Below, in pieces: positions 25,101 through 36,400 of a stretch of 64,000 nt of DNA; position 1 is the first letter of the stretch; each line of letters starts with the position of its first letter. The DNA is from Pecten maximus (lineage: Eukaryota): assembly GCF_902652985.1 (NCBI RefSeq), contig NC_047019.1, forward strand, positions 27,652,001-27,716,000, in the 5' to 3' direction. Made by a program: the position numbers and the translations under genes. A model generated the notes under the pieces. The model had not been told where the DNA came from. It worked only from the letters and a program-made list of their open reading frames with translations, and ran no database searches.

Positions 25101-26188
25101 TGGTTTGTTTTATTATCTTTGGTTCAGGCGTTCATTACAGTGAAGACTTCAAATGAAGAAGAAAATGATGATCAGACCAAGAATCCAGACAAGATTTTAC
25201 AGTATCCTTGTGTCACTAAGATTTGTCCTCTCCGTCCTTGTGTCACTAAGATCGTGTTTGTCCTCTCCGTCCTTGTGTCACTAAGGATCCTCTTTGTCCT
25301 CTCCGTCCTTGTGTCACTAAGATCCTGTTTGTCCTGTCTGTCCTTGTGTCACTAAGATCGTGTTTGTCCTCTCCGTCCTTGTGTCACTAAGATCGTGTTT
25401 GTCCCCTCCGTCCTTGTGTCACTAAGATCGTGTTTGTCCCCTCCGTCCTTGTGTCACTAAGATCGTGTTTGTCCCCTCCGTCCTTGTGTCACTAAGATCG
25501 TGTTTGTCCTCTCCGTCCCTGTGTCACTAAGATCCTGTTTGTCCTCTCCGTCCTTGTGTCACTAAGATCGTGTTTGTCCTCTCCGTCCTTGTGTCACTAA
25601 GATCCTGTTTGTCCTCTCCGTCCTTGTGTCACTAAGATCCTGTTTGTCCTCTCCGTCCTTGTGTCACTAAAATTCTTTTTGTCCTCTCCGTCCTTGTGTC
25701 ACTAAGATCCCGTTTGTCCTCTTCGTCCTTTTGTCCTAAGTGAGTTTCTAGTTGGTCATCTTAGAAACTGTTATACCAAGTTCTTTATTATAATGGACTT
25801 CACGTTATCAGGAGTAATGCTGCTTTTAACTCTTTCAAAACCAATCACTTTAATCTTTGTTTTCATAGGATTTATGTTATTTCAATGAATCATTGGGATT
25901 ATGTTATTTTTTTAAACATCCAGGAATACTGCTGTTTACTCTCACAACCAAACAATCAAAATGATAATAAATTTGTTCAAATTATATTTTAATACCCACA
26001 TGCTACTTCCTTTTTACATACAATACAATATATAAGGTAGTATACCATAATGTTCATGTCATGTGACCTTAACTGTTGCTAGAGCACGATTCATCAGAGC
26101 CGTGTCCGAACTCCAATTCCTTGGCTTTGTCAAACCCACCAAGAGAAAGACCGACCATGTAGCCAGACTGACATGGGGAGGGTGTTGA
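7123..26188 (+). CDS. ORC3: Origin recognition complex subunit 3, 20 coding exons, ~705 aa (1-nt frameshift in exon 11 as sequenced)
   Basis: Exons: 7123-7149, 7999-8041, 9397-9491, 9686-9824, 15240-15400, 15625-15717, 16683-16825, 17905-18064, 18450-18563, 19153-19286, 20034-20098, 20874-20990, 21101-21180, 21455-21588, 22031-22113, 22442-22533, 23280-23427, 23998-24108, 25128-25201, 26083-26188. ORC3 motifs seen: [60 protein letters not shown], and C-terminal [34 protein letters not shown]. Confidence 0.95.
8330..9170 (+). mobile_element. Old degenerate copy of the 155-bp-core HINE-like family
   Basis: Decayed reverse complement of the 1-1822 unit (gttatcgcta...aaacttcacata..ggttcccc...cctagttatg; gccatcttggattttgacag), repeated ~5 times. 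Confidence 0.6.
9892..12122. mobile_element. Non-autonomous element with 16-bp inverted repeats and a large terminal hairpin, hosting a nested HINE
   Basis: TGTTTCTACCACAATA (9892-9907) pairs with TATTGTGGTAGAAACA (11936-11951), followed by a ~170-bp near-perfect palindrome (11952-12120). Confidence 0.6.
10103..11883 (+). mobile_element. Helentron/HINE-like element, copy 1
   Basis: 5' hairpin TAGGTCAT..GACCC-GAA-GGGTC..ATGACCTA, CGTC/CGCC microsatellite, and internal core repeats. The 3' end has the subterminal inverted repeat GTCAGATGACC plus palindrome AGGCCCCTGGGCCT and CTTGTT. Inserted at a T run. Confidence 0.8.
12285..13815 (+). mobile_element. Helentron/HINE-like element, copy 2 of the same family
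   Basis: Same termini as 10103-11883, with 7 tandem 146-147-bp core monomers followed by one dimer. Confidence 0.8.
14544..14897 (+). repeat. 40-43-bp minisatellite resembling a SINE 3' tail
   Basis: (AAAACAAAATAAACCTGGCTGTTCACGGGACAATAAACCCAAC)n, ~8 copies, preceded by AAATGACCCTGACTGTT..GTTAAAC. Confidence 0.85.
15694..16228 (+). repeat. 58/59-bp tandem repeat duplicating the ORC3 exon 6 3' end plus donor site
   Basis: Unit GATTGGTACGACGATAAATATTCG|GTAAGTATCATACCTCTCTGTGGCCACTGTAACA, ~9 copies. Confidence 0.95.
19041..19152 (+). repeat. 36-bp x3 repeat ending at the ORC3 exon 10 acceptor
   Basis: CTTTAG-ATGAGTACAGCTGTGTTTTTTCTGGTTCTG units; the final CTTTAG is the real acceptor. Confidence 0.85.
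19420..20016. repeat. 30-32-bp AT-rich minisatellite in ORC3 intron 10
   Basis: (TAAAAGATATTTTATTATTTGTGTGACTTACG)n, ~19 copies, ending ~17 nt before the exon 11 acceptor. Confidence 0.95.
23570..23890 (+). mobile_element. Degenerate HINE-like element related to the 1-1912 family
   Basis: Terminal hairpin AACCCACCATTATCAGATAGTGGGCT, then TCGCC..GTCCGT and one decayed core unit. Confidence 0.55.
24187..24413 (+). mobile_element. tRNA-derived SINE with V-domain-like core and 13-bp TSD
   Basis: A box TGGCCAAGTGG, B box GAGTTCGAAAC, core GGTTTTTCTCCGGGTACTCCGACTTTCCTCC, and an AAACC tail. TSD TATATCCTTACTG at 24174-24186 and 24414-24426. Confidence 0.88.
24629..24787 (-). mobile_element. 159-bp TGTAAC...GTTACA element containing a tRNA-like sequence (solo-LTR-like)
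   Basis: 6-bp terminal inverted repeat with TG..CA ends and TATA on both flanks. Minus strand carries TAGCTCGATTAGTTGAG (A box) and GGTTCGATCCC (B box). Confidence 0.65.
25202..26082 (+). other. U12-type (minor spliceosome) GT-AG intron, last intron of ORC3
   Basis: 5' site GTATCCTT at 25202. Branch motif CCTTAAC at 26067-26073, ~10 nt before the AG, with no polypyrimidine tract. Splicing joins CA|A-GCA-CGA in frame. Confidence 0.88.
25205..25740 (+). repeat. 35-bp minisatellite starting inside the U12 donor
   Basis: (TCCTTGTGTCACTAAGATCGTGTTTGTCCTCTCCG)n, ~15 copies; the first TCCTT is positions +4 to +8 of GTATCCTT. Confidence 0.95.
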
Positions 26189-27429
26189 AATGAAGTGAAA
26201 ATAAGACAGGAATGATGGAAACAAATAAAAAACTGTGTTAGAGATACTCACGATTCAATGAGTCTATTTTGAAGAGCTTAGGAAAATATCTAGGCTATGG
26301 AGTTTGGAATGACAGTAATTCCGATGGATGATCATAAACCTTGTCCATGTTGAAAATCCCAGGATCTTGTTTTTGATATAGACACATTTGTGTCTTCGCA
26401 GCTCGTACGGAATACGTTGTGTCAAAATGACAAAATGTCTGTACCTGCCATTCTGTGGAAGATACAAGTTGACTTGTCTTGGAAACTCTTTGTGATTAAC
26501 CATACGTTGGTACATATCTGTGATGTCATTGGTTCGGAGGACTCCCGATTTGTGAAACAGCAACCACCCATAGAAATTATTTAATTCAAACAGAACTATA
26601 CAATAGGTATTCTTTTTCTCCAGCATTCTTGTGAAGAATTTATTTATTTCTGGATTCCTCTCGTTGGATATATATTTTACCGAAATAGCCCTGACAAAGA
26701 TAGAATCACACTGACATTGACATGCTCTAATTGAGATGTACAATGTAGTTCTTTCAAAGGATAGATACCTGTTTGTGATTGGTCAGGTTTTCATGTGTGA
26801 AACCAATCAGATGACATACCGTGAATGAGTCTTCAGTTTTTGTCATGAAATTCCTTAACAGATAGTTTATTGGGAGTGGAACAAATGGATATCCAAGATA
26901 AGTTTGATTCTAACTTAAACTTTTGAATCCACTCAAAAACAAAAAAGTATACATCTGAGATAACCAGTCTCTGATAAAGTGGTTATAATTACTCATATTT
27001 CTGTTTGTTTTTCTCATTTTTTATGAATAGTATTAACTGAGTGAATACATATGTTTGTCTACATCTAGATCTTCCATACAATGAATGCTGGATATCTAAC
27101 TTGCTTCTTAACTGATTTTTTGTAGCTCTGTAATCAAACTGGGATTTTTGTCTTGATTTAAAAAAAATACTATACCTGATAATTTTTTGTGTGTATTAGA
27201 TTGCCTTGTATAGAAAAGAAAATGTTGATTGATGTAGATTGTATGTGTTACACTAGATGTGTTATGGAATATTGGGAGATCATTCTTCTCAGAACATCAG
27301 TAGAACTATACAGGCCGTTGTTGTCTCCTTATTGGACAATTTATTTTTGCACATTTAAAAAATAAATTAAAAGTCATTTATGAAATTTTTGTTAGTTTGT
27401 GAAGTACAAAATATTGAGGTCACCTGAGC

Positions 27430-27558
27430 TGTAATCAGTTTAAACTCAATTGGTAGAGCAGCGGACCAGTAAGGTGAGGGTCGGTGGACCAGTAAAGCGA
27501 GGGTCGGTGGACCAGTAAGGTGAGGGTCGCGGGTGTGATCCCCAGCTTTCCTGTTACA
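27430..27558 (+). mobile_element. Degenerate tRNA-like TGTAA...TTACA element with an internal 23-bp triplication
   Basis: AACTCAATTGGTAGAGC (A-box-like), (GGACCAGTAAGGTGAGGGTCGGT)x3, GGGTGTGATCCC (decayed B box), ending CTGTTACA. Confidence 0.5.
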
Positions 27559-27766
27559 ATTTATCAGCCAGGGACATGATTTTAATGATGTTTTAATTAG
27601 GACATCGTTTACATTATATACCATCGCTGTACCATATTAACTATATATGATATATATATATACATTTTGTATATATTTCTCTCGGTACAACTACGACAGG
27701 AAATTCAAATCTATAACTTTGGATCACCAACACATAGTGTATATGATACATTGTACTAATAAATAG

Positions 27767-27935
27767 ATATATAGCTTAGCAACACAAATGACGAAGGAAG
27801 GCAACTTTTTGACTCGTGCCCTGACCGGGCCTCGAACTCACGATCTACGGCACCCAATCGCCTAGCCAGAAATACCCGCAGCTTATACCGCTGCGCCGAT
27901 GTGGCATTTCTCATTTGTGTTGCTAAGTTATATAT
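27767..27935 (-). mobile_element. MITE-like element with 25-bp TIRs enclosing a tRNA-like Pol III promoter
   Basis: ATATATAGCTTAGCAACACAAATGA pairs with TCATTTGTGTTGCTAAGTTATATAT (1 mismatch). Minus-strand interior GGCGCAGCGGTA ... GAGTTCGAGGCCC. Confidence 0.65.
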
Positions 27936-28505
27936 ACGTTTGGTATATATATAATTCAGGAAGATTTTTGTAGCTAAATGCCAGTTGTTGCCTATATTGA
28001 CCTTCGACCCCCAGACATGGCCACATTTATCAACACAGCTGAATGCTAAAGAATTGGCTTCATCTTAAACAAAATCTGGACATGCTGAAGATGCTTCAGG
28101 TTAACTCTACTTCATGTTCATACAGTTGTTGAGAAGTTAAAAAGAAAAGACTATGGACAACTGTAAAGCTCACTGTGGACCAGACTAGGTGAGCTACTGC
28201 CTACCGGTAATATAAATGTTCTTTGATGAAGTTTAAAGTTGATCAGATTTGCTTATGATACAGTTTTATTTATAACTTCGGTCTTGTAGGTATCAGACTG
28301 GTGTTGTTGAGTTCTGGAGCATCTATGAGTCACATGTACATACTTGTCTGCATTCAATAACAGATATGAGATATAGATATACCTAAAGCTTTTCCTGTCT
28401 TGATGATTTTCAAGATGATGCTCTTTTTTTGTTTTAGTATAATCTTGACAGCATCTTACAGTATTTTGTATAGATATGGAACATTTTGTTATCAGTAGTT
28501 TTATA

Positions 28506-29000
28506 TTTATACACCCCCCCCCCCCCCCCCCCGTAAAGTTAGGGGCGGTATACTGGAATCAGCCTGTCTGTCATCCCATAATCTTGTCCGGACACCTCCT
28601 ACTAAAGTGCTGTTCTGATTTCAACAAAACTTGGTATGCATGATCATGATCAGTAGAACGTGCAGTTGTGCATCCCGATTTTTTTTTTTTTATTTGACCA
28701 TGATGCATTTTTCAAAATGGTCACCGTCTTTTGATTGGTTGAGGCTTGTACGCACAACTCCTACTAAAGTCCTAATCCAATTTTAAGGAAACTTGGTATT
28801 TATGATTGGTATGCCATGTAGTTGTGTATAAGAAAAAAAATTGACTGTGATGCATTATTCAAAATGGCTGCCGGCCTCTTGATTGGTTGAGGTTTGTCCG
28901 TGCAACTCGTACTAAAGTACTAGCCTGATTTTAACAAAACATCAAATTTATGGTTGGTATTGCCATGTAGTTGTGCAAAATTTACCATGATGGATAATCC
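28506..29000 (+). mobile_element. HINE-like element (TTATAC-Cn..GGGGCGGTATA terminus) with ~3 decayed core repeats
   Basis: Terminal hairpin, GTCT microsatellite remnant, and repeated CTCCTACTAAAGT...AAACTTGGTAT units. Confidence 0.5.
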
Positions 29001-30441
29001 AACATGCACACACATTAGTACATCTGACTTGATAGATATGATTACACTCACCTATAGCCTATACTCAACTGTAGCACCCACGAGGGGAATTAGTTATCCC
29101 TCGAGATAAAAATCTAATTTTACCTCCATTCTATGAAAATATAAAAAGAGACGTGAAAATTCTCTACATTTTATTTTTAAATTTACAAAATATGAATCAA
29201 AGCACTAATTCACTTGATCAGATCTATCATCTAGTAAACTTCTTGGACGGATTCCCTCCAGATTAGCTCATCTTTACTAAAGGGATGATTTGAATGATTA
29301 TATGTATAAGAAATATTAGGTAAGTCCTGAAAGAGGCTTTATTTCTATAAAATCTATAATATAATGTTTTAATTAATTACACAAGCACATGCCTCCTTCC
29401 TATTCTATATCAGACACAGGTAACACTTCATGAAAGCGAATACAACTTAAATGGCCAAATGAATTATTAATCTTCCAGCTTTCTTCTGTAAAAAATAATA
29501 TAGGTGGCAAAAATTCATTTGTCATATATTTCATATGAGTTTATAAGGTACTCTATACACAATTTCAGTTTTCTCAGATTAAGAAGAAATGCATGGGTTA
29601 GTACACTTTGGTAGGTAAGGTACATGTTCCAGTATTTAAGATATGGAAATCAATATACAATACAATATTGTAACACTGTATTCATATTGGAGAAACCCTG
29701 ATAATAAATTTTTAATATGGGATGGAGTGAGATAAAGTTAATATCAATTATAAATACAAAATGTATATACAAATGTAAATGGTCATATATTATAGGTGGA
29801 AACATATAAAGATTCTACAAATATCACAGATACCAAACACATTGCACCCTGGGTAGGGTCAATTGTCACACACACTGTTATGCTCTAGAGAATTTCCTAA
29901 CAAACACAAGTTATATAAAATAATAAAAACAGCTTTCTAGCAAGTGTTTTCCTGATATCATTTTATAGCAAGCAATGCTTGTTGAGAACTTTTTCTGTAG
30001 TTGTTCAATAATGGACAACACGTTTCCTCCTTTGGGTGAGACAAACTGATTTCAACCCCCACAGAAAGATTCTTTGAGCTGCCATAACACTCAGTCTTGT
30101 CCTGACTATTTTCCTATAATGATTAAAAAATCCACAATATGCTAGCTGAGGAGAAAGTTTTCTGTAATGATTGAAGAATAAACAAAGCTAGCAGAATTAT
30201 TTTCTTGTCTTTTCTTCAAAACTGGACAATGTCCGCAGAGAACTTTATAATGTTATAATTTTAATGTTTCATGTATTAACTAAGTAGTGAAGATTATTTC
30301 TGGTAATGAGAAATAATTTTCTAAAATCATGTACGAGTTGATATTTGCTACACTGTTTTGTAAATAACCATACAGTTCATAGGTAACATCTTCACTGTGG
30401 CAAAGCGTTCAACACATAGGAGGAATATTGTATCACATTTG

Positions 30442-33400
30442 TCAGTGTATCCCCGGTATTGTGATATCTATGCCTAACTGTTGTGACAACTGCTGTAGTT
30501 TTTCCTCATATAAAACGTTTTTCTCCACCGACTGTTTGTAATTATACTTCAAGTCTTCAACCTCCTCAAAGAAGTCTGGGCCGAAGTTGTCCAGCTCCTT
30601 CTTTAACTGAAATTGGACAAATAATGAAATTTATTTATGAGTCAGTCTAGTATCAAAGCACATGAAAGAAGCATCAAAGTTTGAATCAAATATATGAAAG
30701 ATTACAAATTAGAAAGTGCCCTTCACCCTATCATGCTACAGGCCTAATATCAAGTCCCTTGGCTTCTTGGTTATTGAGGAGAATCATTTGGAGATTTAGC
30801 CTATGTTATGTGACCTTGAATGAAGGTAAAGGTAATTCATTTGAAAAAAAACTTGGTAGCCCTTCATCCCAGCACGACACATGACCAATATCATGTGTTT
30901 AAAGGAAAAAGTTGACGCCGGATTGCTGGACAGACTGACGGACGGACGACGGACGCTGCACCACTACATAAGCTCACTTGGCCATCGGGCAGGTGAGCTA
31001 ATAAAACTAACATATTATGTCATGTGACAATACAAACCCTCTCTGTCTCTAGTCTCTGTCTGTCTTTTTCTGTCGATATCTTCTTGAGATTCATCTTGAG
31101 TTCCACATTCTCGTTCATCAGACGATCATAGGCGCTGATTTTAGCTAACATTTCTTCACTTGGCTGAAAATTAAGTAAATGTTTTATCAGATTTAATCAC
31201 CCTATAAAAACAACAGCTGGAAGTATATTCTTATACTTTGTAGCAAATTATTGCAGAAGGTACAGACACACTGACAGTTATCAATGGTCCCCTTGGTATT
31301 AAATGAAGTAAAATTATAACAGATGATTTGATTAGACATCTTACCAAATTGTACACATGCTAACCTTAATGTCTAATTAGTGATATGTTATTCACAAGAT
31401 TTACCTGTTCGCCTTCTTGTCTTAAAAGTTGTAGCTGGTAATTCAATTCCTTCTTCTCATTTTCTAATCTGTCAACTTTTAGCCTTAAAACCAAACCAAA
31501 TTAATATAATAGTTCATTATTCAATGTATGATTTAGAAAACATGTATAGACACCAAAATAAATCCAGTCAACAGAATGTAACATTTGCTAATCAGCAGTC
31601 TTTTGTTGAAAATATAATTACTTTTTGAAAATTAATATGTACATTGCAATTTTTTAGACGTCCTCATGACAAGTAAAAATTAATATAGGTCAGCCTATTT
31701 CATTTCTGCATACTGTAAAGTGATTTAATGTTATCACATGACTGTCATGTGACACTACAAAGTCTATGCTGTAATATGACCTGTCCCCAGTTTCATCATT
31801 GTTCGTTAATATTAGGAAATCCCAAATCCAACAATGCTTTCCTACAGAAAATTTTAAGTTAAGGAACTTTCCTTAGTTAAAGACTGTTGATGAAACGAGT
31901 CCTGATAAATATAATGGAATCAGATGGGATGATTTCCAAAACAAGTCCTGATAAATATAATGGAATCAGATGGGATGATCTCTACAGGACAGTACTGTTA
32001 AACTCCTCATCACTCTCCGAAACCCATCACCATATTACACAACACATTCAATGTTGATTTTTACACTAAACAAGTAATGTTTTGTGGCCTGTTACACACC
32101 TGAGATGTTGGTTTTGCCTTGCTACTCCACCCCCAGCTTTCTGACCACCTGCAGGGAACCGCTCCAGAATTGCCAACTGTAGCATTGTACAAAATATGAT
32201 ATACATGTAGAGTGTATGAAATCTAAACTTTGGAAAAAGAATTGTGTTAGCTACTGAGATAAAATGTAAATTCAATTTCTGTTTTGTATTCATAGATTTA
32301 AATTACAAATCTCCACCTAAAAGAATGCTGATTGATTATTTTCCAGCATATTCATTCATACAGCTGAGTGAGGTTAAGTGTCGGTACCTGTTGTTTGTTA
32401 TGTGAGAGTGAGGTTAAGTGTCAGTACTGTTGTTTGTTATGTGAGCGTGAGGGTAAGTGTCGGTACCTGTTGTTTGTTATGTGAGAGTGAGGTAAAGTGT
32501 CGGTACCTGTTGTTTACTATGTGTCAGTGAGGTAGAGTGTTGGTATTGTTGTATGTTATGTGAGAGTGAAGTATAGCATCGGTACATGTTGTTTATTATG
32601 TATGAGTGAGGTACAGTGTTGGTACCTGTTGTTTGTTATGTGTGAGTGAGGTTAAGTGTTGGTACTGTTGTTTGTTATGCGAGAGTGAGGTAGAGTGTCT
32701 GTACTGTTGTTTGTTATGTGAGAGTGAGGTAAAGTGTCGATACCTGTTGTTTGTTATGCGAGAGTGAGGTTAAGTGTCTGTACTGTTGTTTGTTATGGGA
32801 GAGTGAGGTAAAGTGTCGATACCTGTTGTTTGTTATGCGAGAGTGAGGTAGAGTGTCTGTACTGTTGTTTGTTATTAGAGAGTGAGGTAAAGTATCGGTA
32901 CCTGTTGTTTGTTATGTGTGAGTGTGGTTAAGTGTTGGTACCTGTTGTTTATTATGTATGAGTGAGGTACAGTGTCGGTACCTGTTGTTTGTTATGTGTG
33001 AGCGAGGTAAAGTGTTGGTACCTGTTGTTTGTTATGTGAGAGTGAGCTAAAGTGTCGGTACCTGTTGTTTACTATGTGTGAGTGAGGTTAAGTGTTGGTA
33101 CCTGTTGTTTACTATGTGTGAGTGAGGTTAAGTGTCGGTACCTGTTGTTTACTATGTGTGAGTGAGGTAAAGTGTCAGTACTGTTGTTTACTATGTGTGA
33201 GTGAGGTTAAGTGTTGGTATCTGTTGTTTACTATGTGTGAGTGAGGTTAAGTGTTGGTATCTGTTGTTTACTATGTGTGAGTGAGGTTAAGTGTTGGTAT
33301 CTGTTGTTTACTATGTGTGAGTGAGGTTAAGTGTTGGTATCTGTTGTTTACTATGTGTGAGTGAGGTAAAGTGTTGGTACCTGTTGTTTATTATGTGTGA

Positions 33401-36400
33401 GTGAGGTAAAGTGTTGGTACCTGTTGTTTGTTATGCGAGAGTGAGGTAAAGTGTTGGTACCTGTTGTTTGTTATGTGTGAGTGAGGTTAAGTGTCGGTAC
33501 CTGTTGTTTGTTATGTGTGAGTGAGGTTAAGTGTCTGTACTGTTGTTTGTTATTAGAGAGTGAGGTAAAGTGTCGGTACTGTTTTTTACTATGTGTGAGC
33601 GAGGTAAAGTGTCGGTACTGTTGTTTACTATGTGTGAGTGAGGTAAAGTGTCGGTACCTGTTGTTTATTATGTGTGAGTGAGGTAAAGTGTTGGTACCTG
33701 TTGTTTGTTATGTGTGAGTGAGGTAAAGTGTCAGTACCTGTTGTTTGTTATGTGTGAGTGAGGTAAAGTGTTGGTACCTGTTGTTTATTACGTAAGAGTG
33801 AGGTAAAGTGTCAGTACCTGTTTTTTGTTATGTGAGAGTGAGGTAAAGTGTCGGTACCTTTTTTTTGTTATGTGAGAGTGAGGTAAAGTGTTGGTACCTG
33901 TTGTTTATTACGTATGAGTGAGGTAAAGTGTTGGTACCTGTTGTTTGAGACCGTCCCTCTCCTGTAGTAGTAACTGTTCTCTCTCTGCTGCTTCCTTCAG
34001 TAGGGATTTCATATCCTCCAACATCTTATTCTACCAATGACAAACAAGCAAAATAAATGTATTGAAAGAAAAAAATATTTTTAAAGATAAAAGGTTCAGT
34101 CTTAGTTCTGAAGAATATAAAAGCTCTTTCTTGTAACTAAAGATTTTTAAAAATCAAAACCTTTTTTTAATTTCTTCAAATCAAATTTGTTTGTGTGTAA
34201 TTTCTTCAAATCAAATTTGTTTGTGTGTAATTTCTTCAAATCAAATTTGTTTGTGTGTAATTTCTTCAAATCAAATTTGTTTGTGTATTCTATATGGTTT
34301 GTAATAGTCCTGATAAATCAACAATTTTACCTTTTTGCTAACATCTGTCTCCATATCCTTGAGCTTTCCCTCGTACATGCGTGTGACCACGGCTGACTTC
34401 CAGCCTTTGGAATCCATGGTGGTTTGCATTGAGGGCCTATCACCACCTGTAGCCGACATTGACCGTGCCTCACTCAACTGGGCACCCATCTGTTCCTTCT
34501 GTAACTCCAGGTTACGGATGTCTACTCTCAACTTCTCATTGTTCTCCATTTCCTACAATCACCACAAAACAAGATCTTCTTTAGCCATACAAACACTATA
34601 CAATCACCATGGCAAGAAAGAACTGTCAATAATCACACAATCACCATGACAACATCAGATATATAGTCATACAAACAATCACCACGGCAACATCAGACTT
34701 AGGGTTATATAAACATACAATCACCATGGTAATGTTAGACATATAGTCATATAAACATACAATCATGGCAACATCAGACTTAGGGTTATATAAACATACA
34801 ATCACCATGGCAACATCACACATCTAGTCATACAAATGATATACAATCCTCAAGGCAGGGTACCTAACACCATTCATAGACTTTAGGTCTGGTACTGCTT
34901 TATCTTAATGCTGTCCAAAATCTACATTAACGATCACAGGTCCAAATGACTTTCACAACAACGAACTAGGAGACATCATCAAACAACTGATTAATTGGAT
35001 CTACACCATAGCAGCATCAAAATTTCGATTGTAAAGTGGTTGAGTTTTGTGGTATGACCTCTGGAGTGGCCCACCTTTATCAGATCCTTCCTCATCTTTT
35101 CGTAATCTGACATCATCTTGGCAGTCCCTTTCTGGGTAGTGTTATACCTCTCGCTCAGTGTGGCGCCCATCTTCTGTCGCAGATCATCGAGCTGGGACTG
35201 AAATGAGGAATGAAAATTACATCAAATGTTGATTACCAAGGTTATACCCCGTATTACAAAACCCCAGTCACGCTCACATATAAGCACTTCAGTTGACCTC
35301 CGGTGAATTATTTCTACCAAGTACTACAGCAAATACAAATTACCTAATGACGGACAGAACTGTGTGTGATTATTTTGACTTAGGGCATACATGTGGAAAG
35401 AGGGCTAGGTTTGAGATACCATATACTTACTATAATTACCCGATAGTTTTTTTTTTCATTTTCAATACATGAATCGCACCTCTGTCACCATAGTGAAAGG
35501 CAAGTGTGATATCCACCATACTATCCAATCACCCATGAGATATTGGTCCTATCTACCACACTATCCAATCACCCATGAGATATTGGTCCTATCTACCACA
35601 CCATCCAATCACCCATGAGATATTGGTCCTATCCACCACACCATCCAATCACCCATGATATATTGGTCCTATCTACCGCACTATCCAATCACTCATGAGA
35701 TATCGGTCCTATCTACCACACTATCCAATCACCCATGAGATATTGGTCCTATCCACCACAGTATCCAATCACCCATGAGATATTGGTCCTATCTACCTCA
35801 CTATCCAATCACCCATGATATATTGGTCCTATCCACCACACCATCCAATCACCCATGAGATATTGGTCCTATCCATCATACTATCCAATCACCCATGAGA
35901 TATTGGTCCTATCTACCACAGTATCCAATCACCCATGAGATATTGGTCCTATCCACCACACCATCCAATCACCCATGAGATATTGGTCCTATCCATCATA
36001 CTATCCAATCACCCATGCATGAGATATTGGTCCTATCTACCACAGTATCCAATCACCCATGAGATATTGGTCCTATCTACCACACTATCCAATCACCCAT
36101 GATATATTGGTCCTATCCATCACACTATCCAATCACCCATGAGATATTGGTCCTATCTACCACACCATCCAATCACCCATGATATATTGGTCCTATCCAC
36201 CATACTATCCAATCACCCATGATATATTGGTCCTATCCACCACACCATCCAATCACCCATGAGATATCGGTCCTATCCATCACACTATCCAATCACCCAT
36301 GAGATATTGGTCCTATCCATCATACTATCCAATCACCCATGAGATATCGGTCCTATCTACCACACTATCCAATCACCCATGAGATATTGGTCCTATCCAC

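Noticed and set aside
26264-26743. 159-aa minus-strand ORF
   Set aside because: It lies antisense to the likely ORC3 3' UTR, with no recognisable motif or exon structure.
28513-28532. Poly-C runs (also 59351-59370) as G-quadruplex regulatory elements
   Set aside because: They are simple homopolymers of uncertain length, one within a transposon terminus, with no supporting evidence for function.
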